NCBI GenBank assembly: GCA_965219125.1 | Contig: CBDCMO010000002.1 | Location: 2,086,407 to 2,150,406 of the forward strand | Direction of reading: 5' to 3' | Length of the DNA: 64,000 nucleotides | Origin: Aequorivita sp. | GTDB taxonomy: Bacteria; Bacteroidota; Bacteroidia; Flavobacteriales; Flavobacteriaceae | Part shown: positions 57,914-64,000 of the stretch, piece after piece | Layout of the letters: each line of letters opens with the position of its first letter | Numbering within the stretch: position 1 is the first letter of the stretch | Translations under genes and position numbers: made by a program | Notes under the pieces: model-generated | What the model saw: the letters and a program-made list of their open reading frames with translations, nothing else | Databases searched by the model: none | Told to the model about the DNA's origin: nothing

Positions 57914-58795
57914 ATGAGCACAGAAAACAATAGTGGTAAATTTAAGGTATTAATTGGCATCTTATCTGTTTTGTTAATCGGTTTAGCTGTCTATACCGTA
58001 ATTATTTATAACGATAATAAAACTGAAGTCACAGGATTAGAAAAAGAAAAAGCAGATATAGAACAAGAGCTACAAGGTTTAATTGCCAATTATGATGAGG
58101 TTATTAAAGATAATGATCTTAAAGACAAAGATTTATTGGCGGCGCGTGAGCGCATTACCGTGCTTTTGGATTCTGTTAAAGGAGCCGAGGCTAATGTAGG
58201 TCTTATAGCACGATACAAAACCGAAGTTAATAAACTAAAGAGCGAAAGAACGATGATGTTTAAGCGCGCAGATAGTTTAATTGCATCCAATAGAATGTTG
58301 TTAACCCAACGTGACAGCACACAAAACGAACTTACAAATACTCGAATGGTGGTAGATTCTGTAAGTGAAACCAACATGGCGATGTCTGAAAAGATTAAGC
58401 GAGGTTCAATTGTAAAAGCCACCGATTTGCGAGGTGAGGCAGTAATTGTGCGTAACAGCGGTAAAGTTGTAGATACTAAACGCTCAAGCAGAGCAGATAA
58501 AGTTAGAGCTTGCTTTACCCTTGCACCAAACACAATTGCCGAAAAAGGCGATCGCACTTTATACGTGCAAGTTATAAATCCAAAAAATAATATGTTGGGT
58601 CAAAAAGCCGTAAAAAGTTTTGATGATTCTACACTAACATATAGCGAATCTAGTAAAGTATTTTATGAAAATGACGAGTTGGATGTTTGTATCACGGTAA
58701 ATTCAACCGAAGCAGATTTAGTTGAAGGGAAATACGTAATCAATCTTTTTGATGGCAAAAATTTAATTGCAACTACAACAATGGACTTGAAATAA
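57914..58795 (+). CDS. membrane-anchored coiled-coil hypothetical protein
   Basis: 293-aa ORF with one N-terminal TM helix (VLIGILSVLLIGLAVYTVIIY), a coiled-coil central part and a beta-rich C-terminus. No family recognised. Confidence 0.5.
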   Translation: MSTENNSGKFKVLIGILSVLLIGLAVYTVIIYNDNKTEVTGLEKEKADIEQELQGLIANYDEVIKDNDLKDKDLLAARERITVLLDSVKGAEANVGLIARYKTEVNKLKSERTMMFKRADSLIASNRMLLTQRDSTQNELTNTRMVVDSVSETNMAMSEKIKRGSIVKATDLRGEAVIVRNSGKVVDTKRSSRADKVRACFTLAPNTIAEKGDRTLYVQVINPKNNMLGQKAVKSFDDSTLTYSESSKVFYENDELDVCITVNSTEADLVEGKYVINLFDGKNLIATTTMDLK

Positions 58796-58842
58796 TCGTC
58801 CCTCTATCCTCCGAAGGGGAATTACAAACTTATTACTAAAAA

Positions 58843-58882
58843 CGACCCCGAAAAATTTAAATTTTTCGGGGTCGTTTTTTTT
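58843..58882 (+). terminator. strong rho-independent terminator
   Basis: CGACCCCGAAAAATT / AATTTTTCGGGGTCG is a perfect 15-bp stem followed by T8 (58875-58882). An A-run upstream makes it potentially bidirectional. Confidence 0.85.
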
Positions 58883-58928
58883 AGCTCTCCCTTTGGGGGT
58901 TGGGGGGACTTTCATACTTTTGCCACTT

Positions 58929-60464
58929 ATGACAAACAACGAAGACCAATTTAAAAAAGTAATCTCCCACGCAAAGGAATATGGTTACATATTTGCATCT
59001 AGCGAAATTTACGATGGCCTAAGTGCTGTTTACGATTATGGCCAAAATGGTGTAGAATTAAAGAAAAATATTAGAGAATATTGGTGGCGCAGTATGGTTT
59101 ATATGCATCAAAATATTGTTGGTTTAGATGCTGCAATATTAATGCATCCTACAACTTGGAAGGCTTCTGGTCACGTAGATGCCTTTAACGACCCTTTAAT
59201 TGACAATAAAGATTCTAAAAAACGCTATCGTGCCGATGTTTTAATTGAAGACCACGCCGAGAAAATTTTACAAAAAGCACAAAAGGAAATCGAAAAGGCA
59301 AAAAAGCGTTTCGGCGAAAGTTTTGATGAAGAACAATATAGTACAACCAACGAACGAGTAGTAAATTACTTAGCTGAAAATAGACGAATTTTAGAGCGAA
59401 TGGGCAAATCTTTAGGAAGCGAAGATCTTGCCGATGTAAAAGCGTTAATTGAAGAATTAGAAATTTCTGATCCAGATACGGGCTCAAAAAATTGGACTGA
59501 TGTTCGCCAATTCAATCTTATGTTTGGTACAAAATTAGGTGCAAATGCCGAAAATGCAATGGATCTTTATTTGCGGCCAGAAACGGCTCAAGGAATTTTT
59601 GTAAACTTTTTAAACGTGCAGAAATCTGGGCGGATGAAAATTCCCTTCGGAATTGCACAAACTGGTAAAGCCTTTAGAAATGAGATTGTTGCAAGACAAT
59701 TTATTTTCAGAATGCGCGAATTTGAACAAATGGAAATGCAGTTTTTTGTTCGTCCCGGCGAAGAGATGAAATGGTACGAATACTGGAAAGAAACGCGCTT
59801 AAACTGGCATGTATCGCTAGGTTTGGGTAAAGAAAATTACCGTTTTCACGATCACGAAAAATTGGCACATTACGCAAACGCAGCTGCAGATATTGAATTT
59901 AATTTTCCATTCGGATTTAAAGAATTGGAAGGAATACACTCACGAACCGATTTCGATTTAAAAGCACACGAAGAACATTCAGGAAAAAAATTACAGTTTT
60001 TCGATCCAGAATTGGGCGAAAATTATGTACCGTATGTTGTTGAAACTTCTGTTGGTTTAGATAGAATGTTTTTGGCTGTTTTAAGCACTTCACTTCAAGA
60101 TGAGACTTTGGAAGACGGCAGCACACGTACTGTTTTAAAACTTCCGGCAATTTTAGCACCCGTAAAAGTTGCCGTTTTCCCATTAATTAAAAGAGATGGT
60201 TTACCAGAATTAGCTGAAAAAATCATTGAAGATTTACAATGGGACCATAACGTAATTTACGATGAAAAAGATGCGGTGGGCAGAAGATACAGAAGAGCCG
60301 ATGCAGCAGGAACGCCATTTTGCATCACGGTAGATCATCAAAGTCTTGAGGACAATACAGTAACCATCCGTCACCGAGATAGTATGGAACAGGAGCGAAT
60401 TTCAATTTCTGAAATCAACGATAAAGTTTCCGCGGAATTATCTTTTAAGAAGTGGTTGAGGTAA
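58929..60464 (+). CDS. glyQS: glycine--tRNA ligase (dimeric class II type)
   Basis: SSEIYDGLSAVYDYGQNGVELKKNI, class II motif 2 region FRNEI...FRMREFEQMEMQFF, and C-terminal anticodon-binding domain. The ATG at 58929 is preferred to the TTG at 58893. Confidence 0.93.
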   Translation: MTNNEDQFKKVISHAKEYGYIFASSEIYDGLSAVYDYGQNGVELKKNIREYWWRSMVYMHQNIVGLDAAILMHPTTWKASGHVDAFNDPLIDNKDSKKRYRADVLIEDHAEKILQKAQKEIEKAKKRFGESFDEEQYSTTNERVVNYLAENRRILERMGKSLGSEDLADVKALIEELEISDPDTGSKNWTDVRQFNLMFGTKLGANAENAMDLYLRPETAQGIFVNFLNVQKSGRMKIPFGIAQTGKAFRNEIVARQFIFRMREFEQMEMQFFVRPGEEMKWYEYWKETRLNWHVSLGLGKENYRFHDHEKLAHYANAAADIEFNFPFGFKELEGIHSRTDFDLKAHEEHSGKKLQFFDPELGENYVPYVVETSVGLDRMFLAVLSTSLQDETLEDGSTRTVLKLPAILAPVKVAVFPLIKRDGLPELAEKIIEDLQWDHNVIYDEKDAVGRRYRRADAAGTPFCITVDHQSLEDNTVTIRHRDSMEQERISISEINDKVSAELSFKKWLR

Positions 60465-60477
60465 AATTAAGATGTCT

Positions 60478-60522
60478 GTTCGAGCGCAATCGAGAACTTA
60501 TTAGGTTTCGACTGCGCTCAAC
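60478..60522. repeat. REP-like imperfect palindrome (copy B) between convergent genes
   Basis: GTTCGAGCGCAATCGAGAAC-N9-TTCGACTGCGCTCAAC. The arms pair with one bulge and one or two mismatches. Close to copy A at 31954-32002. Confidence 0.75.
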
Positions 60523-60532
60523 CTGACACTAT

Positions 60533-60907
60533 TTATTCTCTTTTTAAAATTTCTGTAATTGAAATAGGGTTTGCTTTTTCACATCTATTCATCATTCGTA
60601 AACCATTAAATTTTACCCAAATTTTTTCGCCATCTTTTTTATAAATGGCCTCCAGATTTTGTGGATCCAAAAAGTAGGGTTTGTCGGCATCTTCCATTTT
60701 TATGGTATAAGGACAATCACCTTCAACTTTTGAAGCTACAATTGTTCCCATTTTAAAACCGGCGTCCATCATTTTTTGATCGTCCATTTTTGTTTCCGAA
60801 GTTGTAGTGGTTGTCGTTTGTGTAGATGTTTCAGTATTCGTTTTAGTTGTATTGCAAGCAACCGCCGCAAATAGCATTAATGATAAAGTGGTTTTTAAAA
60901 TGGTCAT
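60533..60907 (-). CDS. hypothetical lipoprotein with Thr-rich linker
   Basis: 124-aa ORF with lipobox (FAAVACN) and a TKTNTETSTQTTTTTTSET linker. No family recognised. Confidence 0.5.
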   Translation of the reverse strand: MTILKTTLSLMLFAAVACNTTKTNTETSTQTTTTTTSETKMDDQKMMDAGFKMGTIVASKVEGDCPYTIKMEDADKPYFLDPQNLEAIYKKDGEKIWVKFNGLRMMNRCEKANPISITEILKRE

Positions 60908-61045
60908 CTTTCGTTGTTTTTATTATTTAATGAAAATAGGAAATTTGTACTGTTTGCAGTAACGATTTTGAAAAAATTATGAAAACCCTAAAAAAGTAGC
61001 AGTTTGCAGTGACAGTTTGTCGTCAAGATTTAAATTCTGCTTTTT

Positions 61046-64000
61046 CTAAAAAAACGCCCTCAACTGCAAACTCCCAGTATGTATCGCCTTTGTATTCTCG
61101 CTCTTACGGCCATTATACGTTAAATTCGCATCCAAATATTTCGTGATTCTTTTTTGAAATAATAACCGCCACGTAAAATTGGTGCCAGGTTGAAGACCTT
61201 CCAAAATTTGATAGGAAACCGGAGAAAATGCACTTCCCTTAAAACTGTTGTCTATATAATTAAATTCGCCATTAACTGATATTTTTTCAGCATTTGTATA
61301 TGCTAATGAAGTCCCAATCTTCTGTTGGCTCAACGCTTCTTTCTCTCCCAATATGTTTTCTTTGTTGGCATATTCGTAAAAAACGTCAAAACGCGTTTGC
61401 TGGTTTAGTAAATATGAAATCTTTGGATTTATTTCATACGTATCAAGATTATAATTTCGGCTACCGAAGTTTTCCGAAATACTTTCATTGGTTCCCAAAG
61501 CGCTTTGAAGCTGTAATAACCAACTTTCAGCAACTTTATGGTTGAAGTTTAATTGATGACTTTTCAACTTACTTTCTTGCAATCCCAAAGACAGTAAGTT
61601 GCTGCTTGAAGTTGCAATATAGGTGTAGCTTGTAGTATATTTCTGCTTGCCTCGATTGTAAAATAAAGCGTTTCTGAAATTCAGCGTTAATCCTAATTCA
61701 TCTTCATTTCCATTTTTGAACGGACTTATATTAAACCCATCATTTTGACGGCGCACTTTTCTATCAATAACATACGAAGTTTGATTGTAAAAATGGGACA
61801 GCGTTTTTAAAATTCCTTCTTTATTTTGCCAATTTTGTGGATTTAACGTCACAATCTGACTAAATTTATTTTGCCGAATTTTCAGAAAAATCTGATTTGG
61901 CAATAAAACCCGAATATATTCCGCTTGATCTTGAAATTGGGCAAGTTCGAATTCTTCTAATTCTTGTATTCCATTGTTATTGTAATCGTTCCAAGCATAA
62001 ATACCTTGGCCGGGCTCGGTAATTATATATGTAAATTCCTGTTGCGGTATCACGCCATTATTGCTCTCCAAAACCGTATTCCACGTTATGCCGCGTTCCA
62101 ATAATGTTTGGTTGAAGATTATTCTGCTATTCAAAGATTTTTCATCTACTCTATTTCCTTGAACAGCACCAAAAGGAGGCGTTTGTGTTGAATCTAAACG
62201 TTTATAATCTATGATTCGATAATTTGCAAAAACGGACAATTGCGTATTTTCAGTATCAATCGGTTTTGATTTTATGTAGAATGTGTTTGCGTTGTTAACC
62301 TTCGTAAGTTTGCCATTTCGAAGACTATCGGTAGTTCTAAATTGATAACCGGCTTCTACAAAAACCTTGGTGCTATCACCAATTCCTGAGTAAACTTCAA
62401 ACTGCGAAAATTTCTGACTAATTGGTGTTAAACTGTCGTTAGCAACTGTTTTTAATTTATTGTTTTCAAGATTTATTTTTCCGCCAGCCCATGCATTTTT
62501 AAGTGAATAAACCGTGTTATTATTAAATCGAAAAAATTGAGTATTTATCGTATCACTTTTACTGTTAAGTAAACTTCCGTTTGTAAAAATTCTAAATTTT
62601 CCGGGCGTTAATATTGAAGAAACAACTTGCCGAACGCCTTTATAATTTTCAGAGAAATCGAGATTTTGAAATTCATAGCGAGCAGCGCCCAATCTAGGTT
62701 TTGAAAATTCTGCACCAGCAATCACAAACCGCTGGTTGCCCTGAGGATTTATTAAATTCCAATCCCTAGAAAATTCAATATTATAAAGTCGTTCAATTGT
62801 TCTGAAATCTTTATTGATAAAATCCAACGAACCAAAACCGTCCAAACGCAGACTATCAACAGTTTGTAAAATACGTTGTTTTACAGCGACTCTTCCCGCA
62901 AAACCATCGTTATTGCTATCTTCTAAATTGCTGAAAAGATTCAAATCGTTTTTACTACCGGCAATTTCAAAATCTATTTTTGTTTTATTTGAAGGATGAA
63001 AACTTCCATTTAGGCCACCAACTTGAAGTTTTGTTGGCGCTTGCAATCTAACAATTGGATCGTAATTTCCCTGTTTTAAACCGTTTATTGGGGGCACATA
63101 TTCAAAAATCCGGTTTATGGCACCAACGCCACTAATCACGTAATTTCCGTTATTTGGGCCAACACGGCTAAAGCGTACGTTAAAAAGCGCGTCGTCCGGA
63201 TTGTTGCTGAATACAAATATTTCAACACCATCCCGATTCTCTTTTTTATATAAAATTTTATTATCCGAAAACGTGTCCGGTACCGCGCTCGGCGCTGTCA
63301 TTAAATCTGGATTATCTCCGGCAGCCTGCAAAATTGCTACTTGTTCTTCTGTAAGACTTTGTTGTAGCGGTTGGTTTTTAGCATCATTTTCAGAATAAAC
63401 ATAAACGCCCAAATCTAATTTTTCACTTTCGTAATTACCAGCGCCGTAACCAATAAACCGAGTATAACTGCGGTCTGTGTATTGATATTCCACAGTAATT
63501 CGCATATTGCTGGTAATTGGATACGTGCTGTTAAACTTTATTTCGCCGGCGTTGTAATCTATCACGTAATCTTCGTTTTCGCCGCGGCTTAAAAGCAAAC
63601 CATTTACGTAAACGCGCTCGCTGCCGCTTACTACCAAAATAAAAAGCTCGCCATTTGGGCCAACCAATTTATACGGTCCTTGATTACCTTCTAGCCCAAC
63701 AAATTCACTTTGTGCAAAAACGCCACGCACAAGTGCACCAGCAACCGTTGCAGTAGTTTTAGATCCATCGGCGCCGTTTATTGTGCCGCCAAGGGAAATT
63801 CCTTGAACCTTTTTATTGAAATTGCCGAAGTAACTATTGCTTTGTTGTAAGTCTACATCGCCCGCACGAATGCGCCAATTGTCGCTAAAGAGTTCAATAA
63901 AAATCTGGTCAAACTCATCGAGACTTTGCGAATAGCCACCTTCCTGTGTTGGAATATTAGCATCTTGCAAACTGGCTCTAATATTAACTTTATCGTTCAA
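61046..64000 (-). CDS. very large predicted outer-membrane protein, C-terminal 984 aa (5' end outside window)
   Basis: The frame is open to the window edge. It shows beta-strand-like alternation throughout and a terminal ...GSLQLRAFF, typical of outer-membrane barrels. I do not recognise the family. Confidence 0.6.
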   Translation of the reverse strand: MNDKVNIRASLQDANIPTQEGGYSQSLDEFDQIFIELFSDNWRIRAGDVDLQQSNSYFGNFNKKVQGISLGGTINGADGSKTTATVAGALVRGVFAQSEFVGLEGNQGPYKLVGPNGELFILVVSGSERVYVNGLLLSRGENEDYVIDYNAGEIKFNSTYPITSNMRITVEYQYTDRSYTRFIGYGAGNYESEKLDLGVYVYSENDAKNQPLQQSLTEEQVAILQAAGDNPDLMTAPSAVPDTFSDNKILYKKENRDGVEIFVFSNNPDDALFNVRFSRVGPNNGNYVISGVGAINRIFEYVPPINGLKQGNYDPIVRLQAPTKLQVGGLNGSFHPSNKTKIDFEIAGSKNDLNLFSNLEDSNNDGFAGRVAVKQRILQTVDSLRLDGFGSLDFINKDFRTIERLYNIEFSRDWNLINPQGNQRFVIAGAEFSKPRLGAARYEFQNLDFSENYKGVRQVVSSILTPGKFRIFTNGSLLNSKSDTINTQFFRFNNNTVYSLKNAWAGGKINLENNKLKTVANDSLTPISQKFSQFEVYSGIGDSTKVFVEAGYQFRTTDSLRNGKLTKVNNANTFYIKSKPIDTENTQLSVFANYRIIDYKRLDSTQTPPFGAVQGNRVDEKSLNSRIIFNQTLLERGITWNTVLESNNGVIPQQEFTYIITEPGQGIYAWNDYNNNGIQELEEFELAQFQDQAEYIRVLLPNQIFLKIRQNKFSQIVTLNPQNWQNKEGILKTLSHFYNQTSYVIDRKVRRQNDGFNISPFKNGNEDELGLTLNFRNALFYNRGKQKYTTSYTYIATSSSNLLSLGLQESKLKSHQLNFNHKVAESWLLQLQSALGTNESISENFGSRNYNLDTYEINPKISYLLNQQTRFDVFYEYANKENILGEKEALSQQKIGTSLAYTNAEKISVNGEFNYIDNSFKGSAFSPVSYQILEGLQPGTNFTWRLLFQKRITKYLDANLTYNGRKSENTKAIHTGSLQLRAFF

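Noticed and set aside
58883-58928. G-rich tract (CCCTTTGGGGGTTGGGGGG) upstream of glyQS as a G-quadruplex or T-box-like leader.
   Set aside because: There are only two G-runs (four are needed for a G4). The leader is about 45 nt, far too short for a T-box. T-boxes are also not a Bacteroidota feature.

Overview
This is an AT-rich chromosomal segment, roughly one-third GC by eye. It reads like a Flavobacteriia (Bacteroidota) genome. The signs are type IX secretion (T9SS) C-terminal sorting domains of both type A and type B, a PorP/SprF gene, a TonB-dependent receptor with a CarboxypepD_reg-like N-terminus, and TAnnTTTG -7 promoter boxes. I count about 55 densely packed protein genes. I saw no rRNA, tRNA, CRISPR array, integrase or transposase. 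Main blocks, in order: (1) DUF4292 / EnvC-like envelope genes. (2) A secreted EEP nuclease/phosphatase divergent from a TonB receptor + DUF5689/choice-of-anchor-J lipoprotein pair. (3) A T9SS type-B repeat adhesin - PorP/SprF - OmpA triad, preceded by a LytTR two-component system and a leaderless EEP paralogue. (4) hflX. (5) A long suf Fe-S assembly operon (A-type carrier, sufBCDSE, DUF59, DUF2480) interleaved with lipoprotein genes and a degraded toxin-antitoxin pair. (6) A four-gene MbnP / diheme-peroxidase cluster with a T9SS beta-propeller protein. (7) thiL, an aminopeptidase P gene and T9SS/BNR surface proteins. (8) sdhCAB carrying a four-helix-bundle ORF cassette between sdhA and sdhB. 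(9) vsr, an aminotransferase, katG + ankyrin, a C-N hydrolase, comF, glyQS and the 3' part of a very large outer-membrane protein gene. The most unusual signals are at the DNA level. A four-helix-bundle ORF bounded by inverted repeats sits inside the sdh operon. GC-rich palindromic elements appear to be inserted in frame into two coding sequences (an EEP paralogue and sufS). Intergenic hairpins and short word-repeat (7-8 bp) arrays form families. Four frame disruptions all sit in homopolymer runs, so they may be sequencing errors. All family assignments come from motifs read in the translations plus memory. No database search was possible.
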